Shown in pieces: positions 9,973 to 20,031 of a stretch of DNA of 64,000 nucleotides. Made by a program: the position numbers and the translations under genes. The stretch's first letter is position 1. Each line of letters starts with the position of its first letter. Below the pieces are notes generated by a model that saw only the letters and a program-made list of their open reading frames with translations, made no database searches and was not told where the DNA came from. This DNA comes from Acidimicrobiia bacterium (lineage in GTDB: Bacteria > Actinomycetota > Acidimicrobiia > Spongiisociales > UBA5794): assembly GCA_035458525.1 (NCBI GenBank), contig DATHZQ010000151.1, forward strand, positions 17,104 to 81,103, written 5' to 3'.

Positions 9973-11078
9973 CGCTCGCGTACTTCGTCGCCGAGGAGTT
10001 GGATGTAGCGCTGGACCGACGCTTCGAGGGTGAAGCGTTCGCGCACCATGGCGCGAGCGGCGTCACCCCACTTGCGACGCTTGATGGGATCGCGAGCGAG
10101 CTCGACGAGAGCGGCGGCCGCGGCGTCGACATCGCCCTTGGCGACGACCCGTCCTGTCTCCCCGTCGCGGACCGTCTCGGCTGCGCCCCCGGCGGCGTAC
10201 ACGACGCTGGGAACACCTGCGGCACCAGCTTCGAGCGGCACCCCGGGCAGGCCCTCCGTTCTCGAGGTGAGCAACAGGACGTCGGCCCAAGCCAGGTGCG
10301 GAAGCACGTCAGCCACCGAACCCATGATCTCCACGGCACCGCCGAGATCCCGGTCGAGGACGCCGCGCTCGAGGGCACTCTGCAGCGGTCCGGCACCCAG
10401 GTAGCGCAACGTCATGGCTGCCTGCCGGAGGCCCTCGGTGAGCACATCGAGAGCGGCAAGCGGATCCTTCTCGGCGGAGAGGTTGCCGATGAATATCACC
10501 CTCAGCTCGTCGGCGGCGGGTTCGGGTTCGACGGTGAAGAACCGCGCCGGAACCCCGGTGGGAGCGACCCGCACCTTGCTCGCCGGGACCCCGAGGTGGT
10601 CGACGAGCTGACGTGCAGTGGTCTCGGACACCGAGAGCACCCTGTCGACACCACGCAGGATTGCCGCACGCACGGCGCGATGGCGCCTGTTGCGAATCCA
10701 GTACGAGGGCTCACCAATGCTGGAATACACGAGACGGGGTCGGTCCCGCATCACTCGCAGCCCCGCCACGGCATACTGCATCGTCGCCGCGCCGTTGGCC
10801 AGCACGACGTCGGGGGCGTATCGCTTCATCTCGGAACGGAGACGACGCACCACTGCGGGATCGAGCTTGCCGAGCTGGTCGGGGGCGGTCGCAGAAAGCG
10901 GCGTCGCATCCACACGCGGACCACGGGCGCTCGACGCAAGCGAGAAGAGCCCGGCCTCCCAACCCTGAGCGCGGATTCCACCGGCGAGGGCCTCCCCGAA
11001 CACCTCTGCGCCCCTGCGCCGATCGCTCGAGACGACGATGGCGAGCCGGTGCGACCGGCCCTGTGAGTTGTCGGTCAT
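9969..11078 (-). CDS. Glycosyltransferase family 4
   Basis: The track ORF runs to 11693, but its first roughly 205 codons are antisense to sufU. I take the ATG at 11078 (MTDNSQGRSHRLAIVVSSDRRRGAEVFGEALAG...) as the real start. The product has EX7E (RTEGLPGVPLEAGAAGVPSVV). The stop overlaps the next GT start by 4 bp. Confidence 0.75.
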   Translation of the reverse strand: MTDNSQGRSHRLAIVVSSDRRRGAEVFGEALAGGIRAQGWEAGLFSLASSARGPRVDATPLSATAPDQLGKLDPAVVRRLRSEMKRYAPDVVLANGAATMQYAVAGLRVMRDRPRLVYSSIGEPSYWIRNRRHRAVRAAILRGVDRVLSVSETTARQLVDHLGVPASKVRVAPTGVPARFFTVEPEPAADELRVIFIGNLSAEKDPLAALDVLTEGLRQAAMTLRYLGAGPLQSALERGVLDRDLGGAVEIMGSVADVLPHLAWADVLLLTSRTEGLPGVPLEAGAAGVPSVVYAAGGAAETVRDGETGRVVAKGDVDAAAAALVELARDPIKRRKWGDAARAMVRERFTLEASVQRYIQLLGDEVRER

Positions 11079-11255
11079 GCGTCCGTTTCCCCTCAGCACC
11101 CCGCCTGCAACCCCGGGTGCGGCGACGCAGCGTAGCGCCGGCGGCCCACCTTGGCGGTTTCCGGCTCGAGCCGCAAGCATGCTGCGGCAACGCAGGGAAG
11201 GAATGTTGCCGCGACGGCCTCGGTTAACGTGGGACACGTTCCACTGCGAGACAAC

Positions 11256-11711
11256 ATGGCAATCGACGAGCTGTACCGAGAAGTCATCCTGGACCACTAC
11301 CGCAACCCGCGCCGCCGCGGGCGGCTGAGCGGCGACCACATTCATGTGGAGGGTGAGAACCCGTCCTGCGGCGACGAGTTCTCGCTCGACCTGCTCGTGC
11401 ATGAGGGAGTCGTGGCCGATGCTGCGATCCAGGGACAAGGTTGCTCGATCTCGCAAGCGTCCGGCTCGATGATGGCGGACACCATCGTGGGCAAGACCGT
11501 CCCCGAGGTGCAGGCGCTCACGCATCAGTTCAAGGTGATGATGTCGATCGAGGAAGGCGAAAGCGCCATCGATCCGGAACGTCCCGGGGCTGTGCTCGGC
11601 GACCTGGAAGCGCTTCAGGGCGTACGCCGGTTCCCGGTCCGCATCAAATGCGCCGACCTGCCTTGGGCCACGCTCCAAGATGCCCTCGATCAAGCAGAGT
11701 CCTCCGCTTGA
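11256..11711 (+). CDS. sufU: SUF system Fe-S cluster assembly scaffold SufU/NifU-like
   Basis: The product reads MAIDELYREVILDHYRNPRRRG...NPSCGDEFSLDL...GCSISQASGSMMADTIVGK. I take the internal ATG at 11256; the upstream 35 codons look like read-through. Confidence 0.85.
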   Translation: MAIDELYREVILDHYRNPRRRGRLSGDHIHVEGENPSCGDEFSLDLLVHEGVVADAAIQGQGCSISQASGSMMADTIVGKTVPEVQALTHQFKVMMSIEEGESAIDPERPGAVLGDLEALQGVRRFPVRIKCADLPWATLQDALDQAESSA

Positions 11712-11721
11712 GGAGGTCGCC

Positions 11722-12309
11722 GTGAGACTGAGCTATGGACCAACGACGGCGCTGATCGTCGTCGACGTCCAGAATGATTTCGCCGATCCTGCCGGATCGC
11801 TTGCGGTGTCGGGCGGCGAGGATGCGATTCCCTTCATCAACGAGCAGGTTGCCGCCGCCGAGGAGGCGGGCGCTCTCGTGGTGTACACCCAGGACTGGCA
11901 CCCGCCCGACACGCCGCACTTTGCCAAGGATGGGGGCATCTGGCCGGTGCACTGCGTAAACGCCACCTGGGGAGCCGAGCTCCATCCATCACTCCAAGTC
12001 GCCGGACCGACGGTCCTCAAGGGCAGCGGAGGCGAGGACGGCTATTCGGGATTCACGGTGCGCGACCCGGACACCGGGGCAACGACCCCCACCGAGCTCG
12101 GTGAGCTTCTGCGCAGCCGTGGAATCGCATCGATCGTCGTCGTAGGTCTCGCCACCGACTACTGCGTGGCGGCCACTGCGTGCGACGGGGTGGCCGCGGG
12201 ATTCGCCGCCGAGGTCCTCGCCGACGGCATACGTGCCGTGAACCTCCAGCCCGGCGATGGTGCCCGCGCGATTGCAGCGATGGTGGCGGCCGGCGTTTCG
12301 GTCAGCTGA
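11722..12309 (+). CDS. pncA: Nicotinamidase/pyrazinamidase (isochorismatase family)
   Basis: The product has IVVDVQNDF and the catalytic Cys in LATDYCV. A GGAGG RBS lies at 11712-11716 with a GTG at 11722. The track start at 11680 overlaps sufU. Confidence 0.8.
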   Translation: MRLSYGPTTALIVVDVQNDFADPAGSLAVSGGEDAIPFINEQVAAAEEAGALVVYTQDWHPPDTPHFAKDGGIWPVHCVNATWGAELHPSLQVAGPTVLKGSGGEDGYSGFTVRDPDTGATTPTELGELLRSRGIASIVVVGLATDYCVAATACDGVAAGFAAEVLADGIRAVNLQPGDGARAIAAMVAAGVSVS

Positions 12310-13855
12310 CTGCATCACCCGCCGTGGCCGCAATCAGCCGGTCGCGGAGCGCTGCCATCTCGTCGGTCAACGACACGTGATAGATGTGGGGGTTGACGAG
12401 CCGGCGCACACCCCGGTCGAGCCGGTCGAGATCGCGCCGGCGCCACTCTCGGGCATGCTCGATGCTGCGCTCGGGAAGCGTTCTGCCGGATCTCCACACG
12501 CGTTGAAGCAGGGGTTCGACTTCCGCCATCTCTCCAGGGCCCAACCATCGACGCACCCCGGTCCGGTAGGGATGATGCAGCGTCGCCCCGGCCGCACCAT
12601 CGATCACCTCCCCTTCGCACGCCACGGCGTCGGCCGTTGCGTAACCCCGCCGGTCGTAGACCCGCCACAGTTGCTTGCGGCCGGGAATCGGGATCTTCTC
12701 TCGCGTCTCCGAGATCTTGATGGCCGGCGCCCACCCGCCATCTTCGGCAACGGCAACGAGCTTGTAGACGCCATCGAGGGCCGCATGGCCTTGCGAGCTG
12801 ACGAGCCGAGTGCCGACGCCGTACACCAGCCTCGCGATCAGGGCGTCGGGGTCGACGTCGTATCGCGCCGCTTCCTGCTCGATCTGCGAGAGAATCTGCC
12901 AGATCGCCAACTCGTCGAGATTGGACGACAGCACGATCGACACGTCGCCATGGCCGGCGGCGTTGAGCATCTGCGCCGAGCGGATCGCCAGGTACGCAAG
13001 GTCACCGGAGTCGAGTCGGATACCGCCGGGCACATGGCCGCGGCTCCGAAGCTCGTCGAACACCGTGATGGCGTTGGGAACACCACTCTGGAGGGTGTCA
13101 ATGGTGTCGACGAGGAGAATCGCGTCATCGGGATACCTGGCCGCAAACGCACGAAACGCCTCCAGCTCACCGAGGCCCAACGCCATGAAGACCTGCACCA
13201 TGGAGTGGGCATGCGTTCCCCGTGGCGGCAGACCGACGGCGTGCGACAGACCAACGTTGGAGGAGAAGTCGACCCCGCCCACCAGCGCGGCGTACGTGCC
13301 GGCGTTGGTGCCGCTGGCCGGCCCCCGCCGCATCCCGAACTCGAGCACCTTGCCATCTCGCGCGCTTTCGACAACGCGGGACGCCTTCGTGGCGATCAAC
13401 GTCTGGTAGTTGAGGTGATTGAGCAGCGAGGTTTCGAGAATCTGGGCCATGGCCAGCGGCCCGGTCACGGTGACGACCGGGGCATAGGCATGCACGACCC
13501 GGCCCTCAGGTACCGCATCCATCGTGAGGGCGCCGAAGTGCCCGTGTGCCTCGAGCCACTCCAGGAAGCCCGCATCGAAGAGGGGCGCACCGGAAGCGGC
13601 TCGTTGCTTGCGAAGCGGATCGATGTCGGCGGCGACGAAACGAGTCTGTTGCATCCAGTCGAGCAGCCATTCGAGCCCGGACAGCACGCAATAGCCGGCC
13701 TGATGACGGCCGTAGTCCGGATAGGTGCGGAAGGTGTAGTCGAACTGAGCCTGGCGCTCGTGCAGACCTTGTTCGAAGTACAGCTGCGCCATCGTCAGCT
13801 GGTACTGATCCGTGAACAGGGCTCCCTCAGTCCTCTGTCGCTCTGCGGGTTTCAC
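12302..13855 (-). CDS. pncB: Nicotinate phosphoribosyltransferase
   Basis: The 517-aa product has the N-terminal motif FTDQYQLTMAQLYF typical of NAPRTase. Confidence 0.85.
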   Translation of the reverse strand: MKPAERQRTEGALFTDQYQLTMAQLYFEQGLHERQAQFDYTFRTYPDYGRHQAGYCVLSGLEWLLDWMQQTRFVAADIDPLRKQRAASGAPLFDAGFLEWLEAHGHFGALTMDAVPEGRVVHAYAPVVTVTGPLAMAQILETSLLNHLNYQTLIATKASRVVESARDGKVLEFGMRRGPASGTNAGTYAALVGGVDFSSNVGLSHAVGLPPRGTHAHSMVQVFMALGLGELEAFRAFAARYPDDAILLVDTIDTLQSGVPNAITVFDELRSRGHVPGGIRLDSGDLAYLAIRSAQMLNAAGHGDVSIVLSSNLDELAIWQILSQIEQEAARYDVDPDALIARLVYGVGTRLVSSQGHAALDGVYKLVAVAEDGGWAPAIKISETREKIPIPGRKQLWRVYDRRGYATADAVACEGEVIDGAAGATLHHPYRTGVRRWLGPGEMAEVEPLLQRVWRSGRTLPERSIEHAREWRRRDLDRLDRGVRRLVNPHIYHVSLTDEMAALRDRLIAATAGDAVS

Positions 13856-15021
13856 GCGCTGCCTCCTGCGCCGATTGGCGCGTCCTCATGGTCGCGTACT
13901 CGGGTCGCCACGATCCAGCCGGCGGCAACGGCAATCAAGGCTGCGGCCAGCCCCGCCCCCGTCATCCCCGTCGCCGTGTAGAGCGCGACCCCCACAACGG
14001 CAGCGGCGGCGCGGCCGAACGCCTGGGAAACCACCATGCGGGAGAGGTACTGCACCCGACTACCGGGAACGAGCTCAGTCGCCAGCGAGATGGATGAGAC
14101 GATGGCGAACTCGAACCCGACGATTCCCAGCACGAGACCCGACAGTGCGGGCGCCAGCGCAGCGCTCGTGAGAGCGGTGACGGTGAATCCCGCAGCAGCG
14201 ACCGCCATCCCGGCCGCAACCGCCCGCGCCTTGCCGATCCGGTCCGTGAACAGTGCCGTTGCCCCTTCTGCGGCCAACTCGCCGAATCCAATCACGGTCG
14301 CCAGGGCGGCCAGCGCCCCAAGACCGAACTCGTGCACGTCCTCGAGCCACGTGGCGAACGTGATGAACATCACCTCGGCGCAGGCTGCAACGAGTGCCGC
14401 CACGACGAGGAATGCGCGGGCTCGTCGATTCGGCTCGACCTTCTCGATACGCTCCGCCGGACCGAGAGAGTCGCCGACGACCATCTTCAGCGGGATGAGC
14501 AACAGCCCGCCGACGACCGCAAACCCTATGAACGGCGCCTCCCATCCCCAGCGCTGAATCATCCATCCGGCGATCGGCGCCCCGACGAGGAAGCCGAGCG
14601 CCCACGTCGTCTCCACGACACCGACCGTTCGCGCTCGCTCGCGATATGGGATGCGGTCGGCAACGACTGCTTGGACGCCTGTGTCGACGAGCGGTTTGCC
14701 GAGCCCCATGAGCACGAACCCGACGAGCGCCCCGACGAACACACCGAACACCGCCGTCACGAGCGAGCCGGCGACGAACAGGACCAAACCGAGCGCCAGG
14801 ACGCGGCGGCGATGCTCCCGACCGGCGAGCCGGATCGTGAGCGGCGTCAGCGCTCCGACGCCCCAGCGGGCCGAGGCGAGCCACCCGACGGCTCCGATCG
14901 AGACACCGAGGCCGCGGGCGATGGCCGGCAGAAACGCGTACACGAACCGCGTCGCCACGTTCAGGGTGAGCTTGACCACGAAGAACACAGCGACGGTCGC
15001 TCGGAGGGAACGATGCGGCAT
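13852..15021 (-). CDS. MFS transporter (possible niacin/NiaP-type given 4-bp coupling to pncB)
   Basis: The product has 12 predicted TM helices. The real start is probably MPHRSLRATVAVFFV at 15021. Its stop overlaps the pncB start (ATGA). Confidence 0.6.
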   Translation of the reverse strand: MPHRSLRATVAVFFVVKLTLNVATRFVYAFLPAIARGLGVSIGAVGWLASARWGVGALTPLTIRLAGREHRRRVLALGLVLFVAGSLVTAVFGVFVGALVGFVLMGLGKPLVDTGVQAVVADRIPYRERARTVGVVETTWALGFLVGAPIAGWMIQRWGWEAPFIGFAVVGGLLLIPLKMVVGDSLGPAERIEKVEPNRRARAFLVVAALVAACAEVMFITFATWLEDVHEFGLGALAALATVIGFGELAAEGATALFTDRIGKARAVAAGMAVAAAGFTVTALTSAALAPALSGLVLGIVGFEFAIVSSISLATELVPGSRVQYLSRMVVSQAFGRAAAAVVGVALYTATGMTGAGLAAALIAVAAGWIVATRVRDHEDAPIGAGGSA

Positions 15022-15098
15022 TCCCAGAGCGTAGGTGACACGGTGCACGTTCCCGCAGGAACCGGCGACGCTCGGCTGGCCGGCGGCAGGACACCGTC

Positions 15099-15614
15099 GT
15101 GAGCGACGTAGAGTCATCGCTGATGGCACCCACCTCCGTTGTGCAGATCGCGGCCGCTCTCGGCATCGACGACGACACCGACCTGCTCGACGTCATCGTT
15201 CGACTCGAGCAATTCCTGGCGTTCAATCGCACGCTCGGACTCGACGTCGGAGAGCTCACGGCGGAGCGGGCCACGTTCCACCTCAAGTTGCGGCCCGAAC
15301 TCATCGGCAACGCACAGAAGCAGGCGCTCCACGGCGGCGTGATCTCGGCAACACTCGACGCTGCCGGAGGCATGGTGGCCATGGCGGCGCTCGTCGAGCG
15401 TGCGGCAACGGCGGAAGAAGCACTCACGGCGCTGATGAAGGTGGGCACCATCGACCTGCGGGTCGATTACCTGAGGCCGGCGACCTCCGCCGCCTTCGTG
15501 GCGAGCGCCTACCCCCTCCGGATCGGACGAACGGTGGCGGTCACCCGCATGGAGTTCCACGACGACCGAGATCGCCTCGTTGCGGTGGGCACCGGCACCT
15601 ATATCGTCGGCTGA
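15099..15614 (+). CDS. PaaI/4HBT-type hotdog-fold thioesterase
   Basis: The 171-aa product has a hotdog-family pattern (HGGVISATLDAAGGMVA...TIDLRVDYLRP). Confidence 0.65.
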   Translation: MSDVESSLMAPTSVVQIAAALGIDDDTDLLDVIVRLEQFLAFNRTLGLDVGELTAERATFHLKLRPELIGNAQKQALHGGVISATLDAAGGMVAMAALVERAATAEEALTALMKVGTIDLRVDYLRPATSAAFVASAYPLRIGRTVAVTRMEFHDDRDRLVAVGTGTYIVG

Positions 15615-15634
15615 GCACGCTAAAGGAGCGGCCA

Positions 15635-16186
15635 ATGGACGAAGCACCCTGGAGCAAGCTCAAGGCGGAGGTCTACTCCTTGTTCGGCCGCAACCCTGGC
15701 TCGAATCGACTCGTCGTCCGCACCGCCGGGCTCGAAGCTCATCAGGTGGTGCTGGACGTCGGATGTGGCCCCGGAGCCGCCGTTCGCGGTGCCGCGCCGT
15801 CGGTGGCGCAGGCCATCGGCATCGACCGTTCGGCGGCCATGATCGACATCGCACGGCGGAGGTCGAGCCAGCTCGACAACGTTGCGTACCACGTAGCCGG
15901 CGCCGAAGATCTCCCGTTCGATCCCTCGTCGATCGACCTGGCATGGACCATCCATGCGTTCCACCACTGGGAGCACCCCGACGCGGGTCTGTCGCAGATG
16001 TTGCGGGTCTTGCGCCCCGGCGGGCGCTTTCTCATCGTCGAGTCCGAGACGAAGGGCGCCCACGGATTGACGCGCACTGCGGCCGACGGTGTGGCCGAGC
16101 GTCTGGAAGACGTCGGATTCGCCGCTGCGCACGTGTCACAGCACCGCAAGCACCTCGTCATCACCGGCACCGCCGCCGGCGACTGA
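15635..16186 (+). CDS. Class I SAM-dependent methyltransferase
   Basis: An AAGGAG RBS lies at 15623-15628 with an ATG at 15635. The product has motif I VLDVGCGPG and motif II IDLAWTIHAFHHW. Confidence 0.8.
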   Translation: MDEAPWSKLKAEVYSLFGRNPGSNRLVVRTAGLEAHQVVLDVGCGPGAAVRGAAPSVAQAIGIDRSAAMIDIARRRSSQLDNVAYHVAGAEDLPFDPSSIDLAWTIHAFHHWEHPDAGLSQMLRVLRPGGRFLIVESETKGAHGLTRTAADGVAERLEDVGFAAAHVSQHRKHLVITGTAAGD

Positions 16187-16189
16187 GGC

Positions 16190-17581
16190 CTACTCGATCA
16201 CGCCGCCTTCCGTCATCCGCTTGATATCGAGGAGCTCATCGACCTGCTCGGCCGTGAGCCATCCCTTCTCGACGACCACGTCGCGCACGTTGCGGCCCGA
16301 GGCGAAGGCCTCCTTGGCCGCTACGGCGCCCTTGTCGTACCCGATATGCGGGTTCAGCGCCGTCACCACGATGATGTTGCGCTCGACGAGCTCGCGGGCC
16401 CGAGCCTCGTCGGCCTCGACGCCGACCACGCACCGCTCACGGAAGGTGTCTGCGGCATTGGTCAACAGCGTGATCGACTGCAACAGGTTGTGCGCCATGA
16501 CGGGCATCATGACGTTGAGCTCGAAGTTGCCGTTGGCGCCACTCCACGTGATCGTCGTATCGTTGCCAATCACCTGAGCGGCAACCTGCATCATCATCTC
16601 AGGCATCACCGGGTTGACCTTGCCCGGCATGATCGAGGAGCCCGGCTGCAGCGAAGGCAGCCGAATCTCGGTGATGCCGGTACGCGGTCCACTGGACAGC
16701 CAGCGGAGGTCGTTGGCGATCTTGAAGAGCGATTGCGCCACCGTCTTGAGCGTTCCGGAAGCGTTGACGACGGCATCCTTGGCGGCTTGCGCCTCGAAAT
16801 GGTCGTCGGCTTCGCGGAACGGATATCCGGTGATGGCGGCCATGTCGGCAATGACCGCAGCGGGATAGCCGTCGGGAGCGTTGATTCCCGTGCCCACGGC
16901 CGTGCCACCGAGTGCGAGCTCGTCGAGCTCAGGCAGCATCCGCTCCAGACGCTCGACCCCCTTGCGGACCTGCGTCGCATAGCCACCGAATTCCTGCCCG
17001 AGGGTCACCGGGGTGGCATCCATGAGGTGCGTTCTGCCCGACTTGACGACGTCGCTGAAGTCGGCGGCCTTGGCGCCGAGCGCGTCGCCGAGGGAGGTCA
17101 GCGCTGGCACGAGGTCCTCGCGGATGGCTGCGGCCGCTGCAACATGAATCGCCGTGGGGATGACGTCGTTGGATGATTGCCCGAAATTGACGTGGTCGTT
17201 CGGATGAACGAGGCGCTCACCGCCGAGCTCACCGCCGAGGAGCACAGAGGCGCGGTTGGCGATGACCTCGTTTGCATTCGTGTTCGTCGACGTGCCCGAC
17301 CCGGTCTGGAAGATGTCGAGCACGAACTGGTCATCGTGCGCTCCGTCCCGCACCTCGTCGGCCGCTGTAGCAATGGCCTTCGCCTTGTCCGCATCGACGT
17401 GGCCCGCCGGGCCCGACACACGGGCCGCCGAGCCCTTGAGCAACCCCAAGGCCCAGATGAAGCGGCGCGAGAACCCGATCCCCGAGATTGGGAAATTGTC
17501 GACCGCACGTTGTGTCGACGCTCCGTAGTAGGCGCCGGCCGGTACCGACACCTCACCCATGGAGTCTCGTTCGATACGCAT
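16190..17581 (-). CDS. fumC: Class II fumarate hydratase
   Basis: The product has the [12 protein letters not shown] signature, plus [30 protein letters not shown] and [19 protein letters not shown]. These match FumC better than AspA. Confidence 0.9.
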   Translation of the reverse strand: MRIERDSMGEVSVPAGAYYGASTQRAVDNFPISGIGFSRRFIWALGLLKGSAARVSGPAGHVDADKAKAIATAADEVRDGAHDDQFVLDIFQTGSGTSTNTNANEVIANRASVLLGGELGGERLVHPNDHVNFGQSSNDVIPTAIHVAAAAAIREDLVPALTSLGDALGAKAADFSDVVKSGRTHLMDATPVTLGQEFGGYATQVRKGVERLERMLPELDELALGGTAVGTGINAPDGYPAAVIADMAAITGYPFREADDHFEAQAAKDAVVNASGTLKTVAQSLFKIANDLRWLSSGPRTGITEIRLPSLQPGSSIMPGKVNPVMPEMMMQVAAQVIGNDTTITWSGANGNFELNVMMPVMAHNLLQSITLLTNAADTFRERCVVGVEADEARARELVERNIIVVTALNPHIGYDKGAVAAKEAFASGRNVRDVVVEKGWLTAEQVDELLDIKRMTEGGVIE

Positions 17582-17711
17582 TCGCTCACTCCTGCAGTCG
17601 GGACGATGCGCTCAGATTAGGACCGCCCGCTGCCGGTTCAGGAGGGCCGGAAGACCCCGCCACCCCAGCAATCGTCGCCGGCACAGCGTTTGGACCCGCC
17701 GTGGGCGCCGA

Positions 17712-18476
17712 TCAACCAGCCAGCGCCAAGGAGGTGGCCTCGGGAATGATCGTCGTCACGTCCCCGTCCAGCCGCAACGTGACGAGTGGGTTGCGATCGT
17801 GGTCCGTCTCCCCTTGATTCACGATGACGTAGGGCGCACCGGTCGCTGCCGCATGCAACGGAATGTCGGCGGCCGGGTAGACGACGAGGGAGGAGCCAAG
17901 CGACATTGCCAGGTCGGCGTTCTCGGCTGCCGTATGCGCCCGTCCGAGGTCGACGGACCGCAGGCTCTGGCCGAAGCTGATCGTTGCCGACTTGAGGTAA
18001 CCGCCGCAGGAGCACTGGGGAGCCTCACCGGTCTCGTGGAACGCAGCGAAATGCGGTCCAGGATCCGAACGCTGTAAGCACGACTGGCATTCGACGAGCC
18101 GAGCCGTGCCATGAATCTCCACGAGCTTCTCCGCCGAGGTCCCGGCGGCGGCGTGCAGGCCGTCGACGTTTTGGGTGACGACCATCTCCAGCTTGCCGGC
18201 GCGCTCCAACTCGACAATCGCTGCATGCGCCGCGTTGGGATTGGCCGCTCCGAACTCACGTGCGTCGGTCCACTTCTGCCGCCAGTACGTGTTGCGCGCC
18301 TCCTGTGAGGTCATGAAGTCCTGATAGAAGACCGGCCGCCGCGTGTTCCAAACCCCTTGCGGCCCGCGGTAGTCCGGGATGCCACTGGCGGTCGACATCC
18401 CCGCCCCCGTGAACACGAGGATGCGGCTGGCGGCCGCGATCAACTCGGCCAGCCGCTCGACGTGGTGATCGCTCAT
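17712..18476 (-). CDS. cobB: NAD-dependent protein deacylase, Sir2/CobB family
   Basis: The product has GAGMSTASGIPDYRG and a zinc ribbon (CQSC...CSCGG). I take the ATG at 18476, which gives 255 aa. The upstream 138 codons of the track ORF belong to a different-frame gene. Confidence 0.85.
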   Translation of the reverse strand: MSDHHVERLAELIAAASRILVFTGAGMSTASGIPDYRGPQGVWNTRRPVFYQDFMTSQEARNTYWRQKWTDAREFGAANPNAAHAAIVELERAGKLEMVVTQNVDGLHAAAGTSAEKLVEIHGTARLVECQSCLQRSDPGPHFAAFHETGEAPQCSCGGYLKSATISFGQSLRSVDLGRAHTAAENADLAMSLGSSLVVYPAADIPLHAAATGAPYVIVNQGETDHDRNPLVTLRLDGDVTTIIPEATSLALAG

Positions 18477-18901
18477 TCCGGATCTCCGCCGCTGAACGTC
18501 GTTGCAATCACGTAGACGAACGCGGCGATGGTGACCCAGACCATCAGGGACCGGGCCGGCACCATCCATGCTCCCGAACCGCTCAGTGTCGTCGCGGCTT
18601 CGAGTGGTTCCCTCCCATACGCAAGCGCCTGCAGCGCCTTGTCCCGCTCGGTGCCGCGACCAACGACGTTGAACCTGCTGCCCACGAGTGTGTCCTCGGG
18701 AACCAACGCCGCCGCCCGGGCTTGCAGCGGCCTCGCCAGCACCAGCAGCAGACCGATCGTCACGACACCGGAGGCCACCACCCACCAGCCCTGGGTGAAC
18801 AGCAGCGCCGTCAGACCGAAGAGCCATGCAGCCCACAGACGACGTACCTCGCGCAGATAGCGGCGTGCGTCCGGCTCGTCGGTGAAGCCCCAATCACTCA
18901 T
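18473..18901 (-). CDS. Small integral membrane protein (3 TM), function unknown
   Basis: The 142-aa product has hydrophobic helices. Its stop overlaps the cobB start (ATGA). Confidence 0.55.
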   Translation of the reverse strand: MSDWGFTDEPDARRYLREVRRLWAAWLFGLTALLFTQGWWVVASGVVTIGLLLVLARPLQARAAALVPEDTLVGSRFNVVGRGTERDKALQALAYGREPLEAATTLSGSGAWMVPARSLMVWVTIAAFVYVIATTFSGGDPE

Positions 18902-18934
18902 GATCCGACAGTAGCTCGGCCGACCGCCATCCCC

Positions 18935-19705
18935 TCACAGACCCAGGAGCGGGTCGACCTCCTCCACCGGATCGGCGAGACCGAGCTCACGCCGCATCTC
19001 GTCGTACCCGCGGTCTTCGAGTTCGTCGGCCAACGCTCTGCCTCCTGATCGCACGATGCGACCCCGCAGCATCACGTGGACACGATCCGGGCGCATGTAC
19101 TGGAGAATTCGCGAGTAGTGGGTGATGATCAGCACGCCGAGGTTCGGGCCGCGCAGCGCTTCCACGAGTTCCGCAACCTCCCGCACTGCGTCGATGTCGA
19201 GCCCCGAATCGATCTCGTCGAGAATGGCGATCTTGGGGCCGGCGATGGCAAGCTGAAACATCTCGGAGCGCTTCTTCTCGCCACCCGAGAGGTCATGATT
19301 GATGGCCCGATTGCGAAACGGCTCCATGCGCAGCAGCGAGCTGGCAGCGTCCACGCGTTCGCCGAAACCATCGCCGTTGGCGAGAGCGTGGGCCATCTCA
19401 TCGACGAGTTCGTCGAGCTGCACGCCCGGGACCTCGATGGGGTACTGGAACGCTTCGAACAACCCGAGCCGGGCACGTTCGTGGGTCGGGAGCCCGAGAA
19501 TCTCGACGCCGTCCACCGTGGCCGAGCCCGTGGCGGCGTAGTCGTTCTTGCCCATCAGGACATGCGATAGCGTCGACTTCCCCGAGCCGTTGGGACCCAT
19601 CAACGCGTGAATCTCGCCGAACGGGACCTCGAGGTCCACGCCCTGCAGGATCTGGAGATCACCCAGCGCGGCTTGCAGGTTGCTGATCTTGAGTGCAGCG
19701 TTCAT
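18935..19705 (-). CDS. sufC: Fe-S cluster assembly ATPase SufC
   Basis: The product has a Walker A motif (GPNGSGKST), an ABC signature and a Walker B motif (IAILDEIDSGLD). Confidence 0.9.
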   Translation of the reverse strand: MNAALKISNLQAALGDLQILQGVDLEVPFGEIHALMGPNGSGKSTLSHVLMGKNDYAATGSATVDGVEILGLPTHERARLGLFEAFQYPIEVPGVQLDELVDEMAHALANGDGFGERVDAASSLLRMEPFRNRAINHDLSGGEKKRSEMFQLAIAGPKIAILDEIDSGLDIDAVREVAELVEALRGPNLGVLIITHYSRILQYMRPDRVHVMLRGRIVRSGGRALADELEDRGYDEMRRELGLADPVEEVDPLLGL

Positions 19706-20031
19706 TGGGCTTCCTCCTCCGAGGGTAGATCGAGCATCACATCACCCGAGTCGACCCTGACCGTGTAGACAGGCACGGGTTGCGTCGCGGGCAGCGTCGC
19801 AGGAGCGCCGGTCGTGAGATCGAACTCCGAGCCGTGGCGGGGACATTCGACCTCGGCGTCGAAGACCTCGCCTTCGGCGAGCGATGCCTCGGCGTGGCTG
19901 CATCGGTCGCCGATCGCATACACGTCGTCCCCGATGCGGAAGACGGCGATGCGGTGCCGCCCGATGTCGACCCGCACGCCACGACCATGGGGCAGCTCGT
20001 CCAAAGCGGCGATGCGGACTGGTGTCGTCAC
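19702..20031 (-). CDS. Rieske [2Fe-2S] domain protein (suf-associated ferredoxin)
   Basis: The product has the Rieske motifs CSHAEASL...CPRHGSEF. It lies between sufD and sufC, as in mycobacterial suf operons. Confidence 0.8.
   Translation of the reverse strand: MTTPVRIAALDELPHGRGVRVDIGRHRIAVFRIGDDVYAIGDRCSHAEASLAEGEVFDAEVECPRHGSEFDLTTGAPATLPATQPVPVYTVRVDSGDVMLDLPSEEEAQ

Noticed and set aside
9969-11693. N-terminal 205 codons of the 574-aa GT ORF, plus similar long N-terminal extensions of ORFs 3386, 22135..23190, 22818..25292, 38169..39104, 52238..54415, 54420..55598 and 57719..59143
   Set aside because: These extensions are Arg-rich read-through over neighbouring genes on the other strand. 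Internal starts with an RBS or operon coupling give proteins of the canonical size.
12257-13981. A 574-aa plus-strand ORF
   Set aside because: It is antisense to the clearly homologous pncB and shows low-complexity Arg/Gly/His composition.
17712-18901. Sir2 plus membrane protein as an anti-phage defence pair (Thoeris/DSR-like)
   Set aside because: The Sir2 is a short (255 aa) canonical CobB with the Cys4 zinc ribbon and no SLOG/TIR/large N-domain. The housekeeping deacylase is the parsimonious call.
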